Source: a virus
Lineage: Duplodnaviria; Caudoviricetes
Reading direction: 5' to 3' (one strand)
Virus record (IMG/VR): IMGVR_UViG_3300022666_000141
Coordinates: 1,367-65,366 of that record
Length of the DNA: 64,000 bases
Part shown: one piece after another, positions 35,177 through 44,716 of the stretch
Layout: each line of letters begins with the position of its first letter
Position numbering within the stretch: the first letter of the stretch is position 1
Program-made: the position numbers and the translations under genes
The notes under the pieces: generated by a model
Database searches by the model: none
Seen by the model: the letters and a program-made list of their open reading frames with translations, nothing else
Told to the model about the DNA's origin: nothing

Positions 35177-35527
35177 ATGAGAATGTGGATGGTTGATCCT
35201 CAATACTTATGCAAACAACACTTGCTAGGTGAGCACGTAGAATGTCATATGTTCGCCGGTACATTGAAAAAGAAGATTAAAATAGACGGATATATCAAGA
35301 ACAATCTTCTTGAACCGGCGGCATTGATTAACCGACACGCCCAGCTAGTAGCTGAAATGGAAAAGCGCGGAATGAGGCACGGCTCACCATTGGAAGAGGT
35401 GAGCATTTCGTATCTACCGAAAGCACAACAAGAATTCACAGTAAATCGGGAACGAGCACTCATTGATCTACACAAAAGATGCTCGAAGTGCATCGATCGA
35501 GGTTTTGGATTAGAAGAACAATCATAA
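35177..35527 (+). CDS. denV: Pyrimidine-dimer DNA glycosylase (T4 endonuclease V family)
   Basis: MRMWMVDPQYLCKQHLLGEHVECH, RHAQLVAEMEKRGMRH.SP. Confidence 0.8.
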   Translation: MRMWMVDPQYLCKQHLLGEHVECHMFAGTLKKKIKIDGYIKNNLLEPAALINRHAQLVAEMEKRGMRHGSPLEEVSISYLPKAQQEFTVNRERALIDLHKRCSKCIDRGFGLEEQS

Positions 35528-35595
35528 CACTCACTTGGGAGGGTTGAGGTTCTGCCATTTGCTCAGCCCTCCATTTTTTCAAAGGAGATACAACG

Positions 35596-35841
35596 ATGCC
35601 ACGGAAAACAAAAACGCAGGAAATGCTCGAAGCTCTTGAGACTCTCGAATACGTCGAAGTTACTAACAACCGCACCACAAAATATCGCACGTTCAAATGT
35701 AAACACATCAACGAACTTTTCCTGTTCGTAGGCAAGAACGGTTCGGTTCGCCAGGGAAGAAGCACAACAGAATCAAAAAGCATCGGAAATACAAACAAGG
35801 AATTGTTCATCAAGGCAGCAAAAAATCGCCAGCACCGGTAA
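35596..35841 (+). CDS. Hypothetical basic protein
   Basis: 81-aa ORF with AAGGAG RBS. Confidence 0.6.
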   Translation: MPRKTKTQEMLEALETLEYVEVTNNRTTKYRTFKCKHINELFLFVGKNGSVRQGRSTTESKSIGNTNKELFIKAAKNRQHR

Positions 35842-35869
35842 TCAATCAAATGCAATGGAGGAATTAAAA

Positions 35870-36586
35870 ATGGCTATCTCGAACGAAAGAATGAAACTGA
35901 TCGATAAAGTAATTAAACTTCTTGCCCTGGCAGATGGTACAAACCACACAGCAGAAGCCGAATCGGCAAAACGTATGGCCGCTGAACTGATGGCAAAGAA
36001 TAATTTGGAATTGTCAGACTTGGTACAGAAAGAAGGCACATTCACAGTAGATCGTCGGAAACACTCGCAAAACAGTCCTGCTCGGTTTGAAACCATGCTC
36101 ATCAACGTCATTGCTAAATTCAATAATGTTTGTTTGATTACCCAAGACAATTGGCGAGACAAAATGACGCTTTCATACATCGGCCGCTCCTGCGATATTG
36201 AAGCAACACTGTATATGATTGATATTGTTCTTCGACAAAGAATGGTTGCGTGGAAAAAATATCGCAAAGAATACGAAACTGCGTACGGAATTAAATTAAC
36301 AAAAGGCCCAACTTACACGGCGTGGCACAATGGTTTTTCAGTTGGTGTTAGATCCAAATTAGACGAACTCGCCGCAATGAGCACATCAAAAATTCAGGAA
36401 TGGGGTTTGGTTCCTGTTGATGGAAGTAAACAAGCCTTGGCTTGGTATCATCAACACCACGGGGAAACAAGACCTGGAAGAGCCACTAAAATGAAAGTAA
36501 GTGAAGCTGGCAAAAACGCTGGCAAAAACGTTTCCATTCACAAGGGCCTTGACACTGAAAAAACAGGCCACAAATACATCGCATAA
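35870..36586 (+). CDS. DUF2786 domain protein
   Basis: IDKVIKLLALA...EAESA...AAELMAK.NL. Confidence 0.8.
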   Translation: MAISNERMKLIDKVIKLLALADGTNHTAEAESAKRMAAELMAKNNLELSDLVQKEGTFTVDRRKHSQNSPARFETMLINVIAKFNNVCLITQDNWRDKMTLSYIGRSCDIEATLYMIDIVLRQRMVAWKKYRKEYETAYGIKLTKGPTYTAWHNGFSVGVRSKLDELAAMSTSKIQEWGLVPVDGSKQALAWYHQHHGETRPGRATKMKVSEAGKNAGKNVSIHKGLDTEKTGHKYIA

Positions 36587-36602
36587 TCAGAACGGAGGGA
36601 AC

Positions 36603-36824
36603 ATGAAAGTAGATCTCACATCCTTCATGCAGGCTGCAAAAGAAGGAGATATCACAATCGACTGGTTTACTCGTAAACAGGCAATGCTGGAGGAAATGGT
36701 GGAATTGGGATTTACTGCGTACTACATCAACCAACTTCGACAGGAACTGGAACTCATCAGAGCCGTAGTATTTCCCACTGAGAACGAAAAACAAGCATCC
36801 TGGACATTTCCCTTCAGGTGGTAA
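36603..36824 (+). CDS. Hypothetical protein
   Basis: GGAGG RBS then MKVDLTSF; followed by a hairpin. Confidence 0.55.
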   Translation: MKVDLTSFMQAAKEGDITIDWFTRKQAMLEEMVELGFTAYYINQLRQELELIRAVVFPTENEKQASWTFPFRW

Positions 36825-36833
36825 CCGCTGAGG

Positions 36834-36853
36834 ACAAGGCCTCCGGGCCTTGT
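36834..36853 (+). terminator. Stem-loop after the early cluster
   Basis: ACAAGGCC-TCCG-GGCCTTGT. Confidence 0.5.
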
Positions 36854-36913
36854 AAAGCGCAAGAACGGTTCCAAGCCCGTTCAATCAAAATAAGGAGGTT
36901 CTTAAAAAGTAGT

Positions 36914-36941
36914 TTGATTCAAAGTATTCTTATTTTATACT
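36914..36941 (+). promoter_or_regulatory. Sigma70-like promoter
   Basis: TTGATT-16-TATACT in an AT-rich gap before the SNF2 gene. Confidence 0.5.
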
Positions 36942-36957
36942 AACTTTAGACACCCCG

Positions 36958-36978
36958 ACCCCATAGGGACAAAGGAGG
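36958..36978 (+). repeat. 21-bp leader repeat, copy 2
   Basis: Identical to 34693-34713. Confidence 0.85.
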
Positions 36979-36983
36979 TTACG

Positions 36984-38978
36984 ATGAATCGCAAGGAAAT
37001 ATCACACCTCGTAGCAACTGACAATCGTTACACTGTAGCAGCTCTTCTGGCTATCAATGAATATCAGACGGAAGACGAGAAAATGATGGAATCAACACTT
37101 CACAACAACAGCCGAGGCTTCAATGGAGTAGACGTCCCATTCTTTACATCTCTCATTGATTTTTACCAATCACATGGATATTTATCCCCTCGCCAATTGT
37201 TCGCCATTCGAAAACAACTTCCCAAGTATCTCGGACAGATCGACGGCTGTGATCTGGAACCGGCTCTTTTCAAACAGATAGAAAAAGAACCCGAAAAGAA
37301 ACCGAACACCATATCAGCTCCTCCAGAAAATCCAAAAAAAGCTGTTCGAGATGGAGAACGTCTTATAATTTCCTTTCCATACAATCCTGACCTCGTTAAC
37401 AAAATCAAAACACTCACCGATCGTAAATGGAATGCTGAGAAAAAACATTGGACCGCTCCTATCTGCGTAGAAACGGTTCAAAAACTCAAAGAATGGGAAT
37501 TCAATGTCAGTTCTGAAATCCTCGAATGGCTTGAAAATCTCACCAAACCTGTTCCTGTAAACGATCTTAAAAATGCTCACAGCATTCCTGGATTGAAAAT
37601 GCAACTCTTCCCCTATCAAGTACAGGGTGTCCAGTTCATTGAATCAAGAAAAGGACGCACTCTTATCGGGGATGAGATGGGACTTGGTAAAACAGCACAA
37701 GCGCTGGGATGGTTACAATTACACCCTGAACTCCGCCCCGTCGTTGTAGTTGTTCCTGCCACACTGAAACTGAACTGGCTAAAGGAAATAAAGATGTGGA
37801 CTGATGGCAATAATGAGGTGCACATCGTATCCGGCAAATTCAAGGCAGGACAGGTACTTCCGAAAGCCGATATCTACATAATTAACTACGATATTCTTGC
37901 AGTAGGGGGCAGCAAAAAACACGAATGTAGAACAGATATTGCCAACCTCAATCCAAAGGTGCTTATAGCGGATGAATGTCATCAATTCAAGAACTCAGAT
38001 GCACAACGCACACAAGCAATCAAAGACCTTGCAAAAAAAGTTCCACACGTACTTGCTTTATCCGGCACTCCTATTGTCAATCGCCCAATAGAAATGTTCA
38101 ATGCGATTTCAGTTATTGAACCAAAACTTTTCCCCTCCTTCTTTCGATATGCACAGAAATACTGTGGAGCAGTGCACAATGGATACGGTTGGGATTTTAA
38201 AGGCGCAAGCAATACTGAAGAGCTGCATAAAATCCTCACCGAAACTATTATGGTTCGTCGTTTGAAAGCCGACGTGCTGAAAGAACTCCCCAGCAAAATC
38301 CGCACTGCGATTCCCATGGAACTGAAAAACCAGAAAGAATACAATCGCGCAGAACAAGATTTCATCAGTTGGGTGCGCGAAGCATTCGGAAAGAAGAAGG
38401 CAGATAAGGTCAAGAATGCAGAAGCACTTGTCAAGATTGGTGAATTAAAACGATTAGCCGTACGAGGGAAGTTAGATTCTTGCATCGAATGGATTCGAGA
38501 ATTTCTCGAGTCTGGAGAAAAATTGGTTATTTTTGCAGTTCATAAATTTGTCATTGATGCCCTAATGCAGGAATTCAATGGCATCGCAGTTAAAATCGAT
38601 GGAAGTATATCCCCCGACAAACGCCAGGCAGCTGTAGACGCTTTTCAAAACAACGACGATATCAGAGTATTCGTTGGAAACGTCAAAGCGGCTGGTGTGG
38701 GAATTACACTCACCAAAGCATCCAGCACCTGCTTCCTGGAATTAGAATGGACTCCTGGAATTCATGACCAGGCTGAAGACCGTGTACACCGAATTGGACA
38801 AGAAGCGGACAGCGTCAACGCTTATTACTTATTGGCAGCTGGAACGATGGAAGAAGAAATTGCACAACTCATCGACAAAAAACGACAAGTACTTTCCCAG
38901 GTTCTTGACGGTAAAGATGCCGACGCAGATTCGATGCTTTCCGAGTTGTTACAAAAATATTCAGGAGGAGGTGAATAA
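36984..38978 (+). CDS. SNF2/SWI2 (HARP/SMARCAL1-like) helicase
   Basis: GDEMGLGKT, ADECH, LSGTPIVNRP, QAEDRVHRIGQ. Confidence 0.92.
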   Translation: MNRKEISHLVATDNRYTVAALLAINEYQTEDEKMMESTLHNNSRGFNGVDVPFFTSLIDFYQSHGYLSPRQLFAIRKQLPKYLGQIDGCDLEPALFKQIEKEPEKKPNTISAPPENPKKAVRDGERLIISFPYNPDLVNKIKTLTDRKWNAEKKHWTAPICVETVQKLKEWEFNVSSEILEWLENLTKPVPVNDLKNAHSIPGLKMQLFPYQVQGVQFIESRKGRTLIGDEMGLGKTAQALGWLQLHPELRPVVVVVPATLKLNWLKEIKMWTDGNNEVHIVSGKFKAGQVLPKADIYIINYDILAVGGSKKHECRTDIANLNPKVLIADECHQFKNSDAQRTQAIKDLAKKVPHVLALSGTPIVNRPIEMFNAISVIEPKLFPSFFRYAQKYCGAVHNGYGWDFKGASNTEELHKILTETIMVRRLKADVLKELPSKIRTAIPMELKNQKEYNRAEQDFISWVREAFGKKKADKVKNAEALVKIGELKRLAVRGKLDSCIEWIREFLESGEKLVIFAVHKFVIDALMQEFNGIAVKIDGSISPDKRQAAVDAFQNNDDIRVFVGNVKAAGVGITLTKASSTCFLELEWTPGIHDQAEDRVHRIGQEADSVNAYYLLAAGTMEEEIAQLIDKKRQVLSQVLDGKDADADSMLSELLQKYSGGGE

Positions 38979-39283
38979 TGTCTAAACTCAAAAGAGGAGA
39001 TCGACAAATTGTCAGCTTCCACCACATGTATTTCAATGAAGGATACAAGGTAGAACACCACATGCACCGGCACAATGATGGAAAAGTGCACACTTTTATA
39101 ATTCATGACCACGGGGTGGAAGAACTTCCCAATCCCATCGATATCCTCAACACGTACGTTATGGATGAAAGAACATACCCGATTATATCACATAGTTCAA
39201 AAATCCTGGACCCCCACCACATCGAGCACGTATGGAAACTTGGCAGAAGTGAAAAACAAACTCCCAAGGAGGAAAGTTCATGA
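38978..39283 (+). CDS. His-rich hypothetical protein
   Basis: 101-aa ORF, coupled, GGAGG RBS. Confidence 0.55.
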   Translation: MSKLKRGDRQIVSFHHMYFNEGYKVEHHMHRHNDGKVHTFIIHDHGVEELPNPIDILNTYVMDERTYPIISHSSKILDPHHIEHVWKLGRSEKQTPKEESS

Positions 39284-39534
39284 AAATATACATACACACA
39301 TGCCCTTCATGTCAAGGGGAATATGGGGTCATCAAAAGCGAACTGGGAAAGCTTATTTCAATTCAATACTGTAAATGTCAAATAAGAAGAAAAATCATTC
39401 ATGCTGTTCTTGTATTCATCGCAGTTATCTTACTTTGTTGGATTATCCTTGGAGGAAAAAATGTCGCGAAAGATCCCGTCGGAGGAACCTCGATTGAGAA
39501 GACGTATACCAGAGAATTTGGAAACAACCATTAA
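39280..39534 (+). CDS. Small membrane protein with CPSC
   Basis: CxxC..CxC followed by a hydrophobic helix. Confidence 0.5.
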   Translation: MKIYIHTCPSCQGEYGVIKSELGKLISIQYCKCQIRRKIIHAVLVFIAVILLCWIILGGKNVAKDPVGGTSIEKTYTREFGNNH

Positions 39535-39799
39535 TCGTCGAATACCGGAATCATACGAAAGAGACACTCGTTGTTTCTGGACATGTCCCTGTGGAGGAAC
39601 AGTTCCCAACGCTCCAGAACATTGTGAATGGAAAAAGAAGAAAGGAAAGAACAACGAATGGTGTACGGACGCCATCCTATGTGTTACTCGTTGTTCCGAG
39701 AAAATAACCTGCACCGCTTTCAAGAACTTCCAACGATGGAATAAAGAACGGAAAAGAAACGACGAAGCGGAGCGGACTGAAAGAAAAAGAAACGAGTAA
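39461..39799 (+). CDS. Cys-rich hypothetical protein
   Basis: GGAGG RBS; CFWTCPC..C..C..C..C..C. Confidence 0.5.
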   Translation: MSRKIPSEEPRLRRRIPENLETTINRRIPESYERDTRCFWTCPCGGTVPNAPEHCEWKKKKGKNNEWCTDAILCVTRCSEKITCTAFKNFQRWNKERKRNDEAERTERKRNE

Positions 39800-39803
39800 C
39801 AAT

Positions 39804-40715
39804 ATGACAATTGACGTTCTAAAATTCCTGCACGATCACAATATCGATTACAAGATAACAAGACCTGGGTGGGTGCAAATTCATTGTCCATTCGGGTGTG
39901 GTTACCCTGATTACCATCTAGGAATAAACCTTGATGGATCCTACGGACATTGCTGGAGATGTCGTGGTAAGAGTATGCTGGGCATAATTCAGAAACTATT
40001 GAACTGTTCCTGGCCGGAAGCGGGAAAAATTCTCAGAGAATATGGAGGAATAAATCGACCTAAACTGAAAGAACCTGAAAAACCAATCGTTATGAAGCCG
40101 GGCCGACACCACCTACAACTTCCATTCGGAACAAACACAATGACAGAAAGGCATCGAGAATATCTAAGAAATAGAAATTTCGACCCAGAACTTCTAGAAC
40201 AAGTTTATGACCTTCGAGGAACTGGGCACCTGGGAGAATACGCTTTTCGAATAATTGCCCCAATCTATTTCAAAAGAAAAATCGTCAGTTTTCAAGGAAG
40301 AGATGTTACTGGAAAAGCGGAATTCAAATACCTCACATGTCCTCGAGAAAAAGAGATTGTTCACCATAAGCATATAGTCTATGGACTGGATCAGGCCAAA
40401 AACGAGACCTGCATCGTTGTAGAAGGAATTTTTGATGGGTGGCGCCTAGGGCCAGGTGCCTTAGGTACATTTGGAACTGGATACAAGGCAGAACAAACCC
40501 AATTATTAGCTCAACATTATCAAAGGGTTTTTCTTCTATTCGATTCCGAAGATGCCGCTCAAGAAACTGCTGATCGAATGACAGATTCACTTTGCAGACA
40601 AGGTATCGAAGCAGTCAACTTGGAACTTACTCAAGACAACGATCCTGGGGATATGAAACAGGACGACGCAAACGCCCTAATGCGAGAACTTGGGCTGAAA
40701 GGATGGAACAAATGA
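39804..40715 (+). CDS. DNA primase (Zn finger + TOPRIM)
   Basis: IHCPF...HLG...HCWRC; IVVEGIFD; LLFDSE; DPGD. Confidence 0.88.
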   Translation: MTIDVLKFLHDHNIDYKITRPGWVQIHCPFGCGYPDYHLGINLDGSYGHCWRCRGKSMLGIIQKLLNCSWPEAGKILREYGGINRPKLKEPEKPIVMKPGRHHLQLPFGTNTMTERHREYLRNRNFDPELLEQVYDLRGTGHLGEYAFRIIAPIYFKRKIVSFQGRDVTGKAEFKYLTCPREKEIVHHKHIVYGLDQAKNETCIVVEGIFDGWRLGPGALGTFGTGYKAEQTQLLAQHYQRVFLLFDSEDAAQETADRMTDSLCRQGIEAVNLELTQDNDPGDMKQDDANALMRELGLKGWNK

Positions 40716-40933
40716 AACTGAGGGAATCAAGAACCCCAACCCCATATGGAGTTCACTGTTGTGGTGATCTCTTTCACGCCTGTAACGATGGTGAGATTAT
40801 CTACCTGACCGAAGACGAGTACATGAAACAAATGGACAGACCTGACGCTCTATGGAAATGCCCGAGATGTGGGCACGAGGCGTGGTGGGATGGCGATAAT
40901 TACGATACCAAGATCGGACAAACTGTCACCTAG
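40712..40933 (+). CDS. Small Zn-finger protein
   Basis: HC..C...WKCPRCG; ATGA-coupled to the primase. Confidence 0.55.
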   Translation: MKLRESRTPTPYGVHCCGDLFHACNDGEIIYLTEDEYMKQMDRPDALWKCPRCGHEAWWDGDNYDTKIGQTVT

Positions 40934-40967
40934 AAGTTCTTGAAATACAACATAAAATAAAAAACCT

Positions 40968-40996
40968 TGACTCACTTTAGAAGTATCTTATATATT
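40968..40996 (+). promoter_or_regulatory. Sigma70-like promoter before the replication initiator
   Basis: TTGACT-16-TATATT in an AT-rich gap. Confidence 0.5.
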
Positions 40997-41126
40997 AGAC
41001 TTCTGCTTGCTGGAAGTTTTCCCATCAAGAGGGTGCTTGGAAGTCGCGATCCAAGTGGGAACGAAATCGAGACCGACAACTCGAGAGTAGCACCCTCCCA
41101 ATATTTTCCTTGTCGGAGGAACGCTT

Positions 41127-41960
41127 ATGGTTGATTTCGATATCAACGAAGAACCTGTCGTTATTTCTAAAGCAACAATTGACATCCTACTGCAACAAGA
41201 TAAATTCTCATCCGATGCGATCGCCTTGTACGTGTTTTACTACTACACCGCGAAATGGCAAAAAACCAACTGTCCCAGATGCACTACAGGGTACGTTGGA
41301 AAAGCACTGTCATGGGGTGGCGATAAAATTCAAAGAGCTAAAAAAATCTTACTGACGAATGGGCTTATTGAGGATGTGGTCGCTAAAGATGACAACAATA
41401 AGATTATTGGCCACTATATTAAAGTCAATTTCATTTGGAAAAGAGGGACTGTAGAACAAAGTCCCACCCACCCGGTTTTTCCCACCCACCCGATTTCCCA
41501 GGCCCTGGAAAACAAGGTGACAAATGCTTTAAGTACTAATAATAAAAATACTTACTGCAATAAGAATAATCCTCTTCCAAGTCCCGATGATGTGTTTCGA
41601 CTTTGGAACAATTATGTTAAAGATACACCCCTTCCAATTGCACATCGACTTACCAGTACCCGAATAAAACATCTCAATGCCCGAATAAAAGAATACCCCA
41701 CCTTACGAGAATGGCGAGAAATATTTTCCAAGGTGCTGCAATCCTCTTTCCTTGTAGGGAATAATAATCGGGGTTGGAAAGCAACTCTTGATTGGTTGAT
41801 AAGTAACGATGATAAAATTGTAAGGGTTCTGGAAGGTAAATATAATTCCCAACATCTAAAAGAATCAGCAACTAGACATCTCAAGGATGGAAAACAACCA
41901 AAAGGATGTGCTCCTGATGGAAGTCCTTGGCTGTCATTGCCTGATTGTTATTACGAATGA
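41127..41960 (+). CDS. Replication initiator-like protein (N-terminal HTH, C-terminal W.ATLDWL domain)
   Basis: LYVFYYY.AKWQ, FLVGNNNRGWKATLDWLI...VLEGKY; precedes the DnaB-like helicase. Confidence 0.75.
   Translation: MVDFDINEEPVVISKATIDILLQQDKFSSDAIALYVFYYYTAKWQKTNCPRCTTGYVGKALSWGGDKIQRAKKILLTNGLIEDVVAKDDNNKIIGHYIKVNFIWKRGTVEQSPTHPVFPTHPISQALENKVTNALSTNNKNTYCNKNNPLPSPDDVFRLWNNYVKDTPLPIAHRLTSTRIKHLNARIKEYPTLREWREIFSKVLQSSFLVGNNNRGWKATLDWLISNDDKIVRVLEGKYNSQHLKESATRHLKDGKQPKGCAPDGSPWLSLPDCYYE
41462..41560 (+). other. Putative replication origin: two 13-bp iterons plus an AT-rich stretch
   Basis: TCCCACCCACCCG at 41462 and 41480 (period 18), then AT-rich 41520-41570, inside the initiator gene. 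Confidence 0.45.
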
Positions 41961-41978
41961 TATACTCCCAGGAGGGAA

Positions 41979-43574
41979 ATGATGTCGAGTCTAGTTCGAA
42001 GTCGACGTCCCAAGGTGGATATCGATTTAAAAATATTGACAGGTTTGATTGTAAATGACGACTTCCTTAAACGCATACAAGATATCATACAACCAAATTT
42101 ATTAAGGGATCCATCATCAATTCTAATCACGAGGTGGTGTCAGGACTATCTAGCGAAGTATAGCAAAGCACCCAAGGACATAATTTGGAATATCTTCGAA
42201 TCCAAACAAGCAACATTGTCTTCTACACAAATCGATGCAATCAATAATATCTTGGAAAACTTGGAATTGGATACATATTTCCAGGATATGTTGTCTTTCA
42301 ATGTTGACTACTACTTGGAACAAGCACAGCTTCTGTTCCGAGAGCGTGCTATAGAGGAAACAGTCAAGGACATCAAAGCATATCTGAGCCAAAGTGAGGT
42401 GGATGAGGCAGAGAATAGGCTTATCAAATACAAAAAAATCGAACACAATGTCAGTAATGTTATAAACCCATTCGAAGAAAAGCAAGCGTTCAAAACAGCA
42501 TTCGAATCTAAAGAAGAACCTTTATTCCTACTACCAGGACCATACGGTGAAATAATCAATCCACATCTAGTCAGAGAAGGTTTCATTGCTTTTCTTGGAA
42601 GAGAAAAAATAGGCAAAACTTGGAGGATGATGGATTTAGCAACTTGGGCTTTGAAAGCACGAAGAAACGTTGCCATCTTTCAACTCGGAGACTTGTCTCA
42701 GAACGATTATTTAGTACGTCTTGGTGTACAGTTATCAGGAAAAAGTAATTTGAAAAGATATTGTCAAGCACAGAATGTTCCTATCCTGGATTGTTATATC
42801 AATCAAACGGCCGGGGATTGCCCATTCAATAAAGCATCAAAGACTGCGGTAATTGATTCTTATACAGGAATACCGTATGATTTAGAAACAGATATCAAGA
42901 TGCACACACCATGTTCGAAATGTTATCGAAAGAATCCACAAAAATTCAAAGGTTCTGTCTGGTGGACATTGCAAGAGGAACGCGAACCGTTACACTGGAA
43001 CGAGGCGTATGATAAAGCTGTTCGATGGGCTCGACGACACAAGGCAACGAAACGATTTCGATTAGCAACATACCCAAACTCAACTCTTAACGTACGTGGT
43101 GTTGAGCGTGTCTTGGATCGATGGGAAGAGATGGAAAGTTTTGTCCCAGACGTTGTTCTTCTTGATTATGCAGATATCATGGCAGTAGAAGATAACGGCC
43201 AACGAGACGCCCGGCACCAAGAAAACGATAGATGGAAGGCATTACGGCGTTTGAGTCAGGAACGCAAATGCCTCCTCATTACCGTGACTCAAAGCACGAG
43301 AACAGGGCACAAGGACAACGTGACCCTTACAGCTCAAGATGTGAGCGAAGAGAAACGAAAATTATCGCATGTAACCGCCTTTTTTGCCTTAAATCAGAAC
43401 GACGCCGAGAAACAAAAGAATCTTATCCGAGTGGCACCGATCATGGTTCGAGAAGGTGCGTACAGCGTTCACCAACAAGTTTGTGTTATTCAACATCTGG
43501 AATCAGGTTCTCCTTACGTAGCGAGTTTTTGGCACCATAAATATCCTAAGAAAAAGAAGGAGGAAACAGAATGA
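41979..43574 (+). CDS. Replicative DnaB-like helicase
   Basis: GREKIGKT (Walker A), VLLDYAD (Walker B), TVTQS.R, SEEKRK. Confidence 0.85.
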   Translation: MMSSLVRSRRPKVDIDLKILTGLIVNDDFLKRIQDIIQPNLLRDPSSILITRWCQDYLAKYSKAPKDIIWNIFESKQATLSSTQIDAINNILENLELDTYFQDMLSFNVDYYLEQAQLLFRERAIEETVKDIKAYLSQSEVDEAENRLIKYKKIEHNVSNVINPFEEKQAFKTAFESKEEPLFLLPGPYGEIINPHLVREGFIAFLGREKIGKTWRMMDLATWALKARRNVAIFQLGDLSQNDYLVRLGVQLSGKSNLKRYCQAQNVPILDCYINQTAGDCPFNKASKTAVIDSYTGIPYDLETDIKMHTPCSKCYRKNPQKFKGSVWWTLQEEREPLHWNEAYDKAVRWARRHKATKRFRLATYPNSTLNVRGVERVLDRWEEMESFVPDVVLLDYADIMAVEDNGQRDARHQENDRWKALRRLSQERKCLLITVTQSTRTGHKDNVTLTAQDVSEEKRKLSHVTAFFALNQNDAEKQKNLIRVAPIMVREGAYSVHQQVCVIQHLESGSPYVASFWHHKYPKKKKEETE

Positions 43575-43975
43575 TACTCATAACCAAAGAATACACAGCA
43601 GAAATCGCTCATCGTCTTCCCAGACATCCCGGTGCCTGCAAATATGTACACGGCCACAGTTACCGATTCGAAATAACTCTGGAAGGGGAAACCAACGAGA
43701 CTGGAATGATCATGGATTTTAAGGAGGTGAAACAATACATTGAAGAAGTTATCGGGGACTGGGATCACGCCTTAATTCTGTATGAAGGTGATCCTCTCAC
43801 CAGGTACGTTGATGGGTACGCAAAAATAATCAAGTTCCCATGGTATCCAACAGCAGAAAACATGGCCGTTTACATCGGCTCCCAACTTGTACAGATGCTT
43901 GCGTTTTCTTTTGTTTCAGTGCATTCAGTTCGGGTCTGGGAAACAGCAACCAGTGTTGCAGAATGGAGGAGATAA
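43571..43975 (+). CDS. queD: 6-carboxy-5,6,7,8-tetrahydropterin synthase
   Basis: AHRLP.H.G.C..VHGHSY, MDF, WDH, PTAENMA, VRVWET. Confidence 0.93.
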   Translation: MILITKEYTAEIAHRLPRHPGACKYVHGHSYRFEITLEGETNETGMIMDFKEVKQYIEEVIGDWDHALILYEGDPLTRYVDGYAKIIKFPWYPTAENMAVYIGSQLVQMLAFSFVSVHSVRVWETATSVAEWRR

Positions 43976-44595
43976 TGTTGTTGAGAGTTCGAGAGGTATT
44001 TACATCTATTCAAGGAGAAGGTCCTTATTCAGGAACACCGGCGGTGTTTGTTCGTTTTGCTGGTTGTAATCTACATTGCTCCTTCTGTGACACAGATCAT
44101 GATTCCATAGTATGTACGATGACTCCTAAAGAATTAGCTCGTAGAATTTTGAATGAGTTAGAAGACTATCCGGAAATCAGATTGATTGTGTTCACAGGTG
44201 GGGAACCGTTTCTACAAGATTTTAGTTTGGTCATGAGCGCCTTGAATTCGGAATCCAAACGATACCTGAAATATCAGGTAGAAACGAATGGAACAATAGA
44301 CCCATTCGACGGATCTTTTCAATTTTCCGGGCTGTTGCACGAAACGACCATCGTTGTTTCTCCTAAAGAGGGGCATCAAGTAAAAATCAAAAAAATCGAT
44401 GCTCTGAAAATGCTTGTAAAAGAAGGAAAAGAACTTCGGATGGAAGGGCACAGTAATAAAGTTTGGTTACAACCAATATGTGTAGATGGGAGTACAGAAG
44501 ATACTGCAAGAAATATGGCGTATGCGGTGGAACTTTGCAAGAAGCATGGATATAAACTCAGTTTGCAACTCCATAAGATCTTGGGAATACGATAA
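43975..44595 (+). CDS. queE: 7-carboxy-7-deazaguanine synthase (radical SAM)
   Basis: EVFTSIQGEG..SGTPAVFVRFAGCNLHCSFCDT, TGGEP, VETNG, SLQLHK. Confidence 0.93.
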   Translation: MLLRVREVFTSIQGEGPYSGTPAVFVRFAGCNLHCSFCDTDHDSIVCTMTPKELARRILNELEDYPEIRLIVFTGGEPFLQDFSLVMSALNSESKRYLKYQVETNGTIDPFDGSFQFSGLLHETTIVVSPKEGHQVKIKKIDALKMLVKEGKELRMEGHSNKVWLQPICVDGSTEDTARNMAYAVELCKKHGYKLSLQLHKILGIR

Positions 44596-44618
44596 GAAAA
44601 GAAATAACTTGATTTTAG

Positions 44619-44647
44619 ACTTGTTCTATTTTATAACTTAAATTCTA
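44619..44647 (+). promoter_or_regulatory. Sigma70-like promoter
   Basis: TTGATT-17-TATAAC between queE and the 44717 gene. Confidence 0.6.
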
Positions 44648-44716
44648 CAAGATGTACTAAATTCTGAGCTCTCGGAAAAGCTCATAAAACCCCCGAGGGA
44701 AAATGGAGGAATTACC

